Of a DNA stretch of 56,874 bases, positions 7,943 through 17,284 are shown one piece after another (the first letter of the stretch is position 1; each line of letters opens with the position of its first letter). The notes beneath the pieces were generated by a model. That model made no database searches. It saw only the letters and a program-made list of their open reading frames with translations, and had not been told where the DNA came from. Made by a program: the position numbers and the translations under genes. Origin of the DNA: a bacterium (lineage in GTDB: Bacteria; Patescibacteriota; UBA1384; CAILIB01; JAUSJZ01); NCBI GenBank assembly GCA_030647115.1, contig JAUSJZ010000040.1, forward strand, positions 1-56,874, given 5' to 3'.

Positions 7943-8662
7943 ATGTCCGGACACTCTAAATGGCACTCCATCAAACATAAAAAGGCCGCGACCGACGCCA
8001 AACGCGGTCAGTCTTTTACCAAACTAGCTAACATTATTTCGGCTGCCGCTCGCACCGGTGGCGGAGACCCAAACGCTAACTTGCGTCTGAAAATTGCCAT
8101 TGAGTCAGCCCGTAAAGATAACTTACCCAAAGAAAATATTGAACGAGCTATTAAACGCGGTACCGGTGAATTGGGCGGCGCCATTATTGAAGAATTTACG
8201 ATTGAGGCCTTCGCCTCCGGTAACATTGGTTTGTTGATTGAAGTCATCACCGACAATCGTAATCGCACCCTAGCCGAAGTGCGCAATATTATTAGTAAGG
8301 CCGGCGGTCGGGTCGCCGATAACGGCTCCGTCGCTCACCTCTTCGAGCAAAAGGGGGTCATCCGCGCCGCTCTTGATACTTTAACCGCTGAACAGGAAGA
8401 GGCCGTTATTGACTCCGGGGCGCTCGATTATGATCTCACCGACGGCACCCTAACTATTACTGCCACCCGCAACGACCTCAACGTCGTGAAAACCGCCGTT
8501 GAAGCGGTCAATATCAACCCCGAAACGGCGCAGTTGGAGTTTGTTGCTAGTGTCCCACTGCCAATCGAGGCCGAGATCGAAACCAAATTGTTGAATCTTT
8601 TAGAAACGCTTGATAATAACGACGACGTCGCCAACGTCTCTACCAATGCCGAAGGAATCTAA
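7943..8662 (+). CDS. yebC: YebC/PmpR family protein
   Basis: MSGHSKWHSIKHKKAATDAKRG, NLPKENIERAIKRG, TDNRNRT. Confidence 0.97.
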   Translation: MSGHSKWHSIKHKKAATDAKRGQSFTKLANIISAAARTGGGDPNANLRLKIAIESARKDNLPKENIERAIKRGTGELGGAIIEEFTIEAFASGNIGLLIEVITDNRNRTLAEVRNIISKAGGRVADNGSVAHLFEQKGVIRAALDTLTAEQEEAVIDSGALDYDLTDGTLTITATRNDLNVVKTAVEAVNINPETAQLEFVASVPLPIEAEIETKLLNLLETLDNNDDVANVSTNAEGI

Positions 8663-9179
8663 GTCAGACGGCATCAATTCGTACCGCATTATGGGGGTCG
8701 ACCCGGGTACGGCTCGAGTTGGCTGGGGTATTATTGATGTTGATCGGGGTCGTGAGACGGCCGTTAAGTACGGCTGCATTGAAACCCCCAAACATAAAGA
8801 GGCCGCCGACCGTCTGCTACAAATTCGCCGCGAGCTTTTATCGCTAATTAAAGAATTCAAACCCGATTTTGCCGTCGTGGAGCGGCTCTTCTTCAGCCGT
8901 AACCAGAAAACCGCCATCGCCGTAGCGGAGGCTCGCGGCGTCATTACTATGACCCTGGCCGAACAGACCATCGGGTATCAACAGCTGACCCCGAACGAGA
9001 TTAAAAGTTCGGTAACCGGTAACGGTAAAGCCGATAAAAAACAAATTCAACACATGGTGCAACAGATTTTAAATCTAAATGAGATACCGCAACCCGATGA
9101 CGCGGCCGACGGTTTGGCGCTGGCGCTCTGTTATCGTCACATCACCGAGCTACACCGCGACAACATGAAGCGGCATTAA
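8646..9179 (+). CDS. ruvC: Holliday junction resolvase RuvC
   Basis: IMGVDPGTARVGWGII, VVERLFF, EARGVI, PNEIKSSVTGNGKADKKQI, PDDAADGLALA. Start uncertain (8610/8646). Confidence 0.96.
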   Translation: MPKESKSDGINSYRIMGVDPGTARVGWGIIDVDRGRETAVKYGCIETPKHKEAADRLLQIRRELLSLIKEFKPDFAVVERLFFSRNQKTAIAVAEARGVITMTLAEQTIGYQQLTPNEIKSSVTGNGKADKKQIQHMVQQILNLNEIPQPDDAADGLALALCYRHITELHRDNMKRH

Positions 9180-9195
9180 TAGAGCCTGGGTAATG

Positions 9196-9219
9196 AAAAG
9201 CCCCGGGGTGAACCGGGGT
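9196..9219 (-). terminator. Intrinsic terminator for the minus-strand small ORF (possibly bidirectional with ruvC)
   Basis: Minus strand CCCCGG-UUCACC-CCGGGG followed by CUUUU. Confidence 0.6.
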
Positions 9220-9227
9220 GCAGGTGG

Positions 9228-9473
9228 CTAGCGCCCATCATAGCGGCTGCGGCGCGGACTGTCGTCACTCGGTCCGCCGCGCCGCAGGGCTTCGGCCAGA
9301 TTCGGGTCGCGGCTGGCTCGATCCCAGTTGATTTTCGGCGGCGGCGGCGGAGCATCAGGTTGCCGCCGTGACCACTCCAGACGCTCCTCGTGCGAGCGAT
9401 CGTGTTTGTCTTGGGTGCTGGGGCCGTGCGACGAACCATTGACGCGTATGGTCGATCGTTTCTGGCGACTCAT
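9228..9473 (-). CDS. Small charged, likely disordered protein (81 aa)
   Basis: ATG at 9473 preceded by AAAGGAG SD; MSRQKRSTIRVNG...DAPPPPPKINWD...RSRYDGR; followed by a terminator. Confidence 0.65.
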   Translation of the reverse strand: MSRQKRSTIRVNGSSHGPSTQDKHDRSHEERLEWSRRQPDAPPPPPKINWDRASRDPNLAEALRRGGPSDDSPRRSRYDGR

Positions 9474-9498
9474 TGCTGTCTCCTTTAGACATTTTGCC

Positions 9499-11430
9499 TT
9501 ACGGTGCCGGTTGAGCGTTGGGGTCGGTCTGACCCTCGGGCAAAGGCTGTGGTACGGCTGTGCCAACCAGATACTGCTCGGGTATCGGTCGATAAAATGA
9601 TTCAAAGGTCTGCTTATCGGCGCGGCCGTCGGGGTAGGTAATAGTATAATCAAACCGGGTTTTGGCACCGGGAACGCCCTTCTCGACCAATTCCATGGTC
9701 ATACTGGGTTTAGACGGGTCGGGTTGAAATTGCGGGTCGGGTGGGGCTTTGGTGTAATCGATCACCGCTTTCGAGACCGTCACCTTGCGACCGTCGTTGG
9801 TACCGTAAAGTTCAAAATTGACACTCTTATTACCAGTCACATACGCCTGTATCAAGACCGCGTGACCGGTGTCGTTCTTGAATTTGAGGTTCGGCTCCGG
9901 TATAAAAACGGTGGCGTCGTAACCGACCATGCCATTACCGATGTTGGCCAACGAGCTATCCCAGTTGACGCGCACCCCCTTTACCGGTGACGGTTTTTCG
10001 TAGTAAGCCACCCGGCGTGAGTGATTGGATCGGCTGGTAATAGGTAACCCGGCGTCAATGACCGCTCGGAACAGGGTGGTCGTCGGCTGACATAAACCGC
10101 CACCAAACTGACGCTCCAATTTATTGTTGGATATTACCAACTCGGGTAAGTAGCCGCTGCCGGCGTTGACCTCGCCCAAAACTTTGACCAGATCAAATTC
10201 TTCGTCTGGCTTTAAGATAGTACCGTTCACTTTGGCTGCCCCGAGCGCGATATTATGTTTACGATTTGCGGGGCTAGTAGAGTAGCTGGTTTCGGCCCGA
10301 CCGATTAACTCTTTAATACCCAGTTCGGCCAGTTTAGCGTCGTTGATAGCCGGCTCCAGTACCTCTACCGCTAGCGCCACTTTATCCACCGCTTCACCGA
10401 AGGAACGTTTCGTTAAGCCATCGACGATAGCGGCCACACTCGCCTCTGCTTGCACTTGGTAACCCTTAGAACTGGGGGTATTCACCGTTAATTTACCGTC
10501 GACAAACTGCACCTGGGCATTAGTAGCGTCTCTGTTTATCTGGTCGGTAGCCAGCGCCCGTATATAAGCCATAATTTTATCTTCATTGACGGTAGCCAGT
10601 AACAGCTCTTTGCCTGCTTGACCGGCCGCCCGAGCCTGGGCGTAAAGCGAGTCTTCAGCCGTGACTGTAGTCGTAGTAATATAGCTGCCGAGCTGGGCCG
10701 GCTCAATACTAAAGCTCTGGCCGTCAAAAGTTAAACCCAACGGAGCCGCAATTATCTGTTCGGCCTGTTGCTTGGCAAAGGCACCGTCGGCCACGGTAAA
10801 GCGAGGTGAAAAGTCGGCCAGCTGCACGATCAGCGGTTTGTTCGAGAAATGATTGATGTTGGCCATAATAGCACTCTCCACCGCCTCGTGGTTGAGCATC
10901 TTACCGGCCACTCCAGGTACGACACTCACCGTACCGTTTTTGATGGTTAGGCTAACTTCTTTGGCGTCGGTCTCGTAAAGGGCGTAGAGCTGGCTCTGAA
11001 GAACAGCGCGCAGTTGGAGTTGATCGTAACGCAGCTGCGGGTCAAACTGTTTACGGGCTACTAAAGCCAATTTCTGTTGCCACCACTGGTGCCAGAGCGA
11101 ACCGGTCTTACCGTACTGATAAACCTGTTGTACGGTAGCGACGACATTATAATCTACTCCCAACTCCGCTAAAGTTAACTCTACCGGCTGTTCACTACCG
11201 ACAGTCACGGTAACGGTCTTGACCCGATTGGCTGCATCCTCAAGCTTACTCCTAGCCCGAGCGACGGTTAAACCGCCAACTTTTAGGCCACCCACCTCGG
11301 CCCGAGCCACAATTCGGTGGCGCATCGCGAACAAGTAACCCCAACTCACCAGTACCAGTAAAAGCAGGGTAGCAACCAATATTAAGACCAGACGTTGCCG
11401 CCGACTGCGCTTTAGTTTAACTAATGACAT
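9499..11430 (-). CDS. VanW family protein with N-terminal TM, peptidoglycan-binding-4-like repeats and C-terminal G5-like domain
   Basis: NRKHNIALGAAKVNGTILKPDEEF, FGGGLCQPTTTLFRA, RSNHS, GYDATVF..LKFKNDT. Confidence 0.92.
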   Translation of the reverse strand: MSLVKLKRSRRQRLVLILVATLLLLVLVSWGYLFAMRHRIVARAEVGGLKVGGLTVARARSKLEDAANRVKTVTVTVGSEQPVELTLAELGVDYNVVATVQQVYQYGKTGSLWHQWWQQKLALVARKQFDPQLRYDQLQLRAVLQSQLYALYETDAKEVSLTIKNGTVSVVPGVAGKMLNHEAVESAIMANINHFSNKPLIVQLADFSPRFTVADGAFAKQQAEQIIAAPLGLTFDGQSFSIEPAQLGSYITTTTVTAEDSLYAQARAAGQAGKELLLATVNEDKIMAYIRALATDQINRDATNAQVQFVDGKLTVNTPSSKGYQVQAEASVAAIVDGLTKRSFGEAVDKVALAVEVLEPAINDAKLAELGIKELIGRAETSYSTSPANRKHNIALGAAKVNGTILKPDEEFDLVKVLGEVNAGSGYLPELVISNNKLERQFGGGLCQPTTTLFRAVIDAGLPITSRSNHSRRVAYYEKPSPVKGVRVNWDSSLANIGNGMVGYDATVFIPEPNLKFKNDTGHAVLIQAYVTGNKSVNFELYGTNDGRKVTVSKAVIDYTKAPPDPQFQPDPSKPSMTMELVEKGVPGAKTRFDYTITYPDGRADKQTFESFYRPIPEQYLVGTAVPQPLPEGQTDPNAQPAP

Positions 11431-12559
11431 GCTGATATATTTTTAATAGCTGCTTCGCACACTTACTCCAACTATACGACCGGGCAATTTTTTTGCCAAG
11501 TGATTGCTGTTTTATTTTTGTTTTGGTGAACGCTGACTGCGGTAACATTTTAGACATGGCTTGGGTAATGGTCGTGACATTAGTCGGGTCAACCAACAGC
11601 GCGGCACCCCTCGCTAGTTCGCGCATCGAGGAACGGTTACTGGTAATTACCGGGCAACCGACAGCGTAAGCCTCTAAAATGGGCAGACCGAAACCCTCTT
11701 TGAGCGAACAGAAGACCAAGGCCGTGGCCTGATGGTAAAGCGCCCGTAAAGTCTCGTTATTGACCACGCCGGCAATGAGCACCCGATTTTTTATGGATTC
11801 GTGTTCATTGAGCCATTGTTCGGTCACTCCACTAACTCCGAAGCGCCCTACCAGCACCAATTTATGCGGCAACGATTTGGTTTTGGCCACCAACTTGGCA
11901 AAGGCCTGCAGGGTCAAAATAACGTTCTTGTGCTTAAAATCACTCGCCACCACTAAAAAGAACGGATTCACCAAATTGAGCAGGGCTAGTTCGGCGTTAA
12001 GCTCGCGCTGCCTAACCTCGGCCCAGAAATAGTCGCTGACCCCGAGCACAATAACCTGCAGCCGATGACCCAACTTGAGACCGTTTTGATGGGCGAACTG
12101 TCTGATATCGGTGGCCGAGTCTTGCGAATCGGTGATGATGGCGGCCGCCTGCCGCAAAGACCGCTTTAAGACCTGCCCGTACAGCCAGCGTTTGCCCCAG
12201 AACATGCGCCGACCGGGGTAGTTAAGCAGCGTTAAATCGTGGATGGTCGTCACCGCTCTGGTACGCAAACCGCGGGGGATGTTAAAGTTGGGAAAGTGAA
12301 TCAAATCTAGCCCATAGCGGTCGAGTTCGCGGGCCCAGCCAAACTGTTCGCGCCAGGAGTAATAACCGACTTCGGTGACGTGAAACGAAATCTGCTTATT
12401 TTTAGCTAAGCTCAGTTCAATGGTTTGCCGATAATCAGGTTGCACGAACAGGTGCCACTCGATAGTCGGGTCTAGCTTTACGGCCGCCTGCAGCAATTCG
12501 TTGACGTAGCGCCCAATACCGGTCGGGCCGAGTTTTCGGGCATCCAAGCCTATTCTCAT
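11417..12559 (-). CDS. Glycosyltransferase family 4
   Basis: MRIGLDAR..TGIGRY, TIHDL, HKNV, SLKEGFGLPILEAYAVGCPVITSN. Start placed at ATG 12559. Confidence 0.93.
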   Translation of the reverse strand: MRIGLDARKLGPTGIGRYVNELLQAAVKLDPTIEWHLFVQPDYRQTIELSLAKNKQISFHVTEVGYYSWREQFGWARELDRYGLDLIHFPNFNIPRGLRTRAVTTIHDLTLLNYPGRRMFWGKRWLYGQVLKRSLRQAAAIITDSQDSATDIRQFAHQNGLKLGHRLQVIVLGVSDYFWAEVRQRELNAELALLNLVNPFFLVVASDFKHKNVILTLQAFAKLVAKTKSLPHKLVLVGRFGVSGVTEQWLNEHESIKNRVLIAGVVNNETLRALYHQATALVFCSLKEGFGLPILEAYAVGCPVITSNRSSMRELARGAALLVDPTNVTTITQAMSKMLPQSAFTKTKIKQQSLGKKIARSYSWSKCAKQLLKIYQHVIS

Positions 12560-13752
12560 TGTTCTGTTGTTACTGTATCCACCTTGAACGGCGTCAGGGC
12601 CAGCGCCAAGAGAAACAGACCAAACGGCCAGAGTAAGCTGTTTAAAAACCAACTGTTGACCAATAAAGCGGCGATGACCGAACGACGCGCGGCTAATTGA
12701 CTGCGACTGAATTTGGCTTTGGTCGATGATTGCACCCGATTGGTCGTCGGTTGCGCTTGGCTGGCTTCAGCCAGCAGCCAGCCGAGAGCGAGCACCAGAC
12801 CGAACAGACCGGTAGTGGCCCAGATTGTCAGTAGTGAACTGTCGGAGGCATTAGCGGCTAGGGCTATTTTACCGAGCCGCGGTTGGTAGCGCCCCAAAAT
12901 AGTGGTCGCCGCTTGATAATTGTTGTAGCCCACTCCTAAAATTGGCTGTCGGTCAATAACCATGGTAGCCGTCTGCCAACTGTCAAAACGGGCTCGACTG
13001 GTCTGGTCTAAGGCCAAGGCCCCGGTTAAGCGAGTCGAAATGGCGGGCACAAAGAGCGCCACCCCGGTTGCGAGCAAGACCACAACTAGCACGTAGCGCC
13101 AGTTAATGGCGGTGACAAAGATGACCAAACCGACCGCTAAGGCCAACAGACCCGAGCGCGAATTGGTTAATAAGAGAGCCACCAGTTGGATGGCCGCTGC
13201 CGACAGGTAATAATACCGGGCTTTGCCAGCACCCTGCCAGATTAAGGCCAGCGTCATCAGTAATGTCAACACCAAGACAATGGCCGCGTAATTGGGGTCA
13301 AAGAAGGTACTAAAGAGACGACCCGAGTGAGGATCAAAGCCGGTTAGCTCGGTCAACCGTAACGAGATGCTGGGCAACAGTTGAAGTTGGATAAACCCCA
13401 ATATGGCAATACCGGTGCCGATAACACAGGCCATCAAATAAGCACGCTGTTTTAAGACGATACCGACCAATCCAAACCAAACGCCATAAATTACCAGCCG
13501 TAACAGGTAAAAGTAAGCCTCGGGTTGCCCCTGCCACCCCACCACAGTGAAGCCCCAGATGGTCGAAACAATTGCCACTAGCAGCCAACCGATCAACCAC
13601 GGGTTCAGTTGCGGTCGTTGCCGACGAAAAAGAGCGACCGCGATAATAATAAAGAGCGCCAAATCCAACAAATTAACCCGACCCCAGATTGAACCGGGCC
13701 AGAAATAGCGGTTTAACTGCCCCACTAAAAAAGAGAAGATCAACAAATTCAT
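12556..13752 (-). CDS. O-antigen ligase / Wzy_C family membrane protein
   Basis: RLFSTFFDPNY, LLLTNSRSGLLAL, SRARFDSW, PILGVGYNNY. Start placed at ATG 13752 with TATACT 7 nt upstream. Confidence 0.88.
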   Translation of the reverse strand: MNLLIFSFLVGQLNRYFWPGSIWGRVNLLDLALFIIIAVALFRRQRPQLNPWLIGWLLVAIVSTIWGFTVVGWQGQPEAYFYLLRLVIYGVWFGLVGIVLKQRAYLMACVIGTGIAILGFIQLQLLPSISLRLTELTGFDPHSGRLFSTFFDPNYAAIVLVLTLLMTLALIWQGAGKARYYYLSAAAIQLVALLLTNSRSGLLALAVGLVIFVTAINWRYVLVVVLLATGVALFVPAISTRLTGALALDQTSRARFDSWQTATMVIDRQPILGVGYNNYQAATTILGRYQPRLGKIALAANASDSSLLTIWATTGLFGLVLALGWLLAEASQAQPTTNRVQSSTKAKFSRSQLAARRSVIAALLVNSWFLNSLLWPFGLFLLALALTPFKVDTVTTEQ

Positions 13753-13792
13753 TTTCTTCAGTATACTAGAGGTAATAAATAATTCACCTCTG

Positions 13793-14347
13793 ATGAAAAA
13801 AACCACCCTCGTTTTAATCTTCGCCCTGCTCGGAGCCGGTCTCGCCGGTTGGTACGCCCAACGCAATCGTATCGCCGACGGTCATACCTATCAGGCCCTC
13901 TACGCCAGTATGGTTAACCCGCCCGAGACTTTGACTTCGCCCCGCACTTATAATCAGACTCTGGTCGAGACGACCGACCCGACGGTCTTGGCTAATCTGG
14001 CCCAAGCGAACGGAGTGAGCGGTATCAACGGAGTACGATACGACGTACTGCCAGACTCCTATCACATCCAGGTCACCGTCAACATCGCCGGTGCCATCAC
14101 TGACGCCACTAAAACGGAACTGAAGCAGACCGTCAACGATTATCTCATTGAACGCAGCGATACCCTCGCCCAAAAGCTCTTCGCCCCCGAGACTACGATT
14201 AGACCACAGGTGGTGTTTACCAAAGAATTACCGGTTCAGACCAATTTGGGTGGAAACCCTTCGGTCGCTATGTTATACGGCTTAATTGCCGGCGCCCTCT
14301 TCGGCTGGTTCATCGGTTTGAGTTTTGACAGTAAGAGGAGGAACTAA
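13793..14347 (+). CDS. Small Wzz/CapA-like polysaccharide co-polymerase candidate
   Basis: N- and C-terminal TM helices flank an ~130-aa external loop; Pro-containing segment then YGLIAGALFGWFIG Gly-rich helix; lies in a glycan locus. Confidence 0.5.
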   Translation: MKKTTLVLIFALLGAGLAGWYAQRNRIADGHTYQALYASMVNPPETLTSPRTYNQTLVETTDPTVLANLAQANGVSGINGVRYDVLPDSYHIQVTVNIAGAITDATKTELKQTVNDYLIERSDTLAQKLFAPETTIRPQVVFTKELPVQTNLGGNPSVAMLYGLIAGALFGWFIGLSFDSKRRN

Positions 14348-14363
14348 AAAATCAGGTAGCGCG

Positions 14364-14630
14364 CTAACGCTGGTAGATATCTCTTCGATGTTGCACTTTT
14401 AAGATAATTAGCTTGCGTCTGTGCACGTCAAAGATAATACGGTAATCACCGATCCGAAACCGGTACTGACCGTCAAGATCTGAATCCGCCATTTTTACAG
14501 CATATTCCAGAGGGTCAGGTTGATGTACATAAAACAGCAGCTTTTTAGCAATACGCTGTTGCGTAGTCACCCCCAGCCGGTTCATCTGTTTTTGGGCCGA
14601 TGGTTTAAAAACGATTTTGTATGTCGGCAC
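14364..14630 (-). CDS. Type II toxin, RelE/ParE family
   Basis: YKIVFKPSAQKQM..., YRFRIGDYRIIFD, KVQHRRDIY; basic; 1-nt overlap with the antitoxin stop. Confidence 0.93.
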   Translation of the reverse strand: MPTYKIVFKPSAQKQMNRLGVTTQQRIAKKLLFYVHQPDPLEYAVKMADSDLDGQYRFRIGDYRIIFDVHRRKLIILKVQHRRDIYQR

Positions 14631-14875
14631 TAGAGGATGTCTTTAAATACTTCCACAAATGGAACCTCTTCTGTTTCGGCGCGAGCGGTAATAATAGATT
14701 TTATATATTCTGGATTTTGCACTGCCAACCAATCCTCAAGCAAGTCTGCATCTACAACGGCAGCATCTTTTTTACCACGCCGTTGAATAATAACAATGTC
14801 GCCGCTAGAGACAGCCTCCAGTGTTGCGGAAAAATTAGCCCGGGCGTTTCTCATATTGGTTGTTTTGATTGACAT
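14630..14875 (-). CDS. Type II antitoxin, Phd/YefM family
   Basis: TTNMRNARANFSATLEAVSSGDIVIIQRRGKKDAAVV N-terminal Phd fold, acidic C-terminus, upstream of the toxin. Confidence 0.92.
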   Translation of the reverse strand: MSIKTTNMRNARANFSATLEAVSSGDIVIIQRRGKKDAAVVDADLLEDWLAVQNPEYIKSIITARAETEEVPFVEVFKDIL

Positions 14876-14888
14876 GATACAAAATTAG

Positions 14889-14931
14889 TTGTGTACACAA
14901 ACATAGTACACGAGACGCTGCTGCTAGTCAA
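14889..14931 (-). promoter_or_regulatory. Toxin-antitoxin promoter with Phd-type operator
   Basis: Minus strand TTGACT-17 nt-TACTAT; perfect palindrome TTGTGTACACAA (14889-14900) and imperfect TAGTACAC (14904-14911), 13 bp centre to centre. Confidence 0.8.
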
Positions 14932-15033
14932 GGTTGATAAACTAGTAAAAACGATACAGCTTGAAACTGCCACCCGGCTGCTTTTTTAGTTTTCATTTTT
15001 TTGAATTAATAGTACGCTAGCAGTGAGGTAATA

Positions 15034-15540
15034 ATGATGGAAAAAGCGGTCTGGTGCTACCTTTTACGAGAGATAGATGGTGTGATGCAGGTCTGTCTGG
15101 CACCCAAACTCAAACTGGTCGGCAGCCAGAACTACGTCGCCGGCAAGCTGAACGCCGCCGGTGGTCACCTGGAACCTAACGAAGAACCGGTTGGGGCGGC
15201 CATCAGAGAGATCGCCGAAGAACAAGGTGTGGTGGTTCGAGGAGTGGACCTCGAGCCGAAGGGGCTGGTCGTCTTTCTCTTTCCCGGTCACGAACAGCTT
15301 GATTTGCTCTGTTATGTCTTTACCACCAAGCGGTGGCAAGGTGAGCCGCAAGCGACCACTGCCTTAGGTGAACCGGAATGGCATGTGCTCGACCAATTAC
15401 CGTTTGATCGGCTACCCGATTCCGACCGTTACTGGCTACCGCTGGCACTCACCGGAGGCCTGACCAGTGTAGTCTTTCACCTTGATGGTGATTATCACGT
15501 ACTCTCACACCAGCTAATTCCCCGCTCCGATACCGCCTAG
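15034..15540 (+). CDS. Nudix hydrolase (MutT/MTH1-like 8-oxo-dGTP diphosphatase)
   Basis: Nudix box AGGHLEPNEEPVGAAIREIAEEQGV; GKLN..GG, PEW..LDQLPFDRL..SDRYWLP; GAGGT SD. Confidence 0.88.
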   Translation: MMEKAVWCYLLREIDGVMQVCLAPKLKLVGSQNYVAGKLNAAGGHLEPNEEPVGAAIREIAEEQGVVVRGVDLEPKGLVVFLFPGHEQLDLLCYVFTTKRWQGEPQATTALGEPEWHVLDQLPFDRLPDSDRYWLPLALTGGLTSVVFHLDGDYHVLSHQLIPRSDTA

Positions 15541-15554
15541 CCGGCGGTATTTTT
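15530..15554 (+). terminator. Intrinsic terminator after the Nudix gene
   Basis: ATACCGCC-TAGCC-GGCGGTAT followed by TTTT. Confidence 0.75.
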
Positions 15555-15577
15555 GATTCGGTTAGATAAAAGCTGGC

Positions 15578-17236
15578 CTAATTCAACGGCCCCAGTGAGA
15601 TATTCTGGTCGCCGGCCCAGTAGTAGTAAAGTTCAGTATTAGTGACGGCGCCGACGGCATCCATGGCTTCGGGTGAGAGACCCGATACTCGGCCGGTCCA
15701 GATAGCCGGACCCGATTCTTCGACCGAAACGACTACCTGTTTACCGTTGCTGGGGTTAGTGACAATCACCCGTTTGTGACGGTGCCAACTCTTGGCAGTG
15801 CTATTAAGATTACGACAGTAAGTACCGGTACGCCCGAAACTATCGAGGTTACCGGAATCTTCATACCACTCACAGTAGTTCCAGCGCATGGTGATGTAGT
15901 AGCGCTCTTGGTCAATGGAGGCCGGTGAAGCCTCCGAACCAAAAGCCCCGTACCCACCCGCCATACCGTTACGGGAGGCCGTCGGCGTACTGGAGTCGGC
16001 GTAGTGTTTGTCAGCTCCGGCATTTGTGCGACCCAAATCGGCCTCGGCTTTATTGAGATACAAGTGTTGCTCTTTGGCGGTCTTACCTCTATCAATCGGA
16101 ATGTTGTAACCTTCAAAAGTAGTCAGACCATTTGTTAGCTCCCCCCCATCACCCGAGAACTGAAAACCGGTCTCACCCATATCTTGCTGGTCGCCGTCTT
16201 TAATACCAAAAATCCTTTTTTGGATGGTCTCGTTGGTCACTTTCTTGTGTTTGCCGTCAACGATGTAATATTTAGTGTCGCCGCCGGTTTTGATGTAACG
16301 CGATAACTTGGAGCCTTCACTATATTTATAAACAATTGACCGCGGCAGATCAACAATCTGACTGGTGTTGTAACCCCAGGCGTTCATGATGGTCTCATCG
16401 GGCACCAGATGACGGGTATCGGCATCCATAAACCAGACGTCAGTCTCACCCGTCGCCCGAATCAGAGCGTTCGGCCGAATGGGATTGTCCTGCGCTAAGG
16501 TGTCGCGCGTCGAACCGTTGATATGGGTGACATTCTCCCACTTGTAGCCGTTCGTCAAAACAGCCGAGTCCGAGATGACGTGTCGTCGTTTACCGTTCTC
16601 CACCGCGTAAACATTACCGTCATTCTCCACCACATTGGCAACCTTCGGGCCAACCGGTATGGATTTAGCCGCGGCCGAGACGGCCGTTCCCTCGCGGGAG
16701 TAGCCCCAAGCCGCCATAGACGTATCGTCGGCAAAGGGTCGACGGACACCATCCTCAAGCAGATAAACCTTATTGTCATTGGGGATGCGCACCGTGCGTG
16801 GAGCCGACAGTTCAGCACCGGTAGACAGGCGATCGTGAGTAGAGGTATTAACGTCGGTCAGACTGGCGAAGGTGACCCCGTAAAAGGCGAGTGACTCGGC
16901 GTTTGGTACGTAGCGCTTCTGCCCGTTTTCGACAAAATAGACCGCTCCACCCCACTGAATAAGACGGGTGAGTCGGGGACCGTTAGGGTGGCCATTCAAC
17001 TCGGCTTTAGAGATGCGTCGCACCATACCGGCGTTAAAACCCCAACCCTGCATGACGTCGGCCGTGGGAATATAACGTTTGCTGCTACCCTCAATAAGAT
17101 AGACTTTGGAGTCCCCAACCGCTTGCACCAAATCGCCGTCGTTAGCCGCTTGGGCGCTTAACGGTTGCACCAACAAACTGCCGCTCAACATGAGACCGGC
17201 CAATAGGGTCAAACCAAAAAACTTCTTGGTTGCCAT
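15578..17236 (-). CDS. Secreted protein with six ~55-aa repeats and a C-terminal RlpA/expansin-like double-psi beta-barrel domain
   Basis: Signal peptide ending SAQA; repeated VY(L/F)(I/V)E.G.(K/R)R..P....wG(F/Y) units; C-terminal YYITMRW..RVIVTNPSNGKQVVVSVEESGP..GRVSGLSPEAMDAVG. Confidence 0.75.
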   Translation of the reverse strand: MATKKFFGLTLLAGLMLSGSLLVQPLSAQAANDGDLVQAVGDSKVYLIEGSSKRYIPTADVMQGWGFNAGMVRRISKAELNGHPNGPRLTRLIQWGGAVYFVENGQKRYVPNAESLAFYGVTFASLTDVNTSTHDRLSTGAELSAPRTVRIPNDNKVYLLEDGVRRPFADDTSMAAWGYSREGTAVSAAAKSIPVGPKVANVVENDGNVYAVENGKRRHVISDSAVLTNGYKWENVTHINGSTRDTLAQDNPIRPNALIRATGETDVWFMDADTRHLVPDETIMNAWGYNTSQIVDLPRSIVYKYSEGSKLSRYIKTGGDTKYYIVDGKHKKVTNETIQKRIFGIKDGDQQDMGETGFQFSGDGGELTNGLTTFEGYNIPIDRGKTAKEQHLYLNKAEADLGRTNAGADKHYADSSTPTASRNGMAGGYGAFGSEASPASIDQERYYITMRWNYCEWYEDSGNLDSFGRTGTYCRNLNSTAKSWHRHKRVIVTNPSNGKQVVVSVEESGPAIWTGRVSGLSPEAMDAVGAVTNTELYYYWAGDQNISLGPLN

Positions 17237-17284
17237 GTGTATAAACAGTATAACTGGGCACTGCGGGTTGCTACAATAGTTTTA

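Noticed and set aside
9474-9668. N-terminal extension of the 9228..9668 ORF in the track
   Set aside because: Overlaps the VanW 3' end by 170 nt; a strong SD supports the ATG at 9473 instead.
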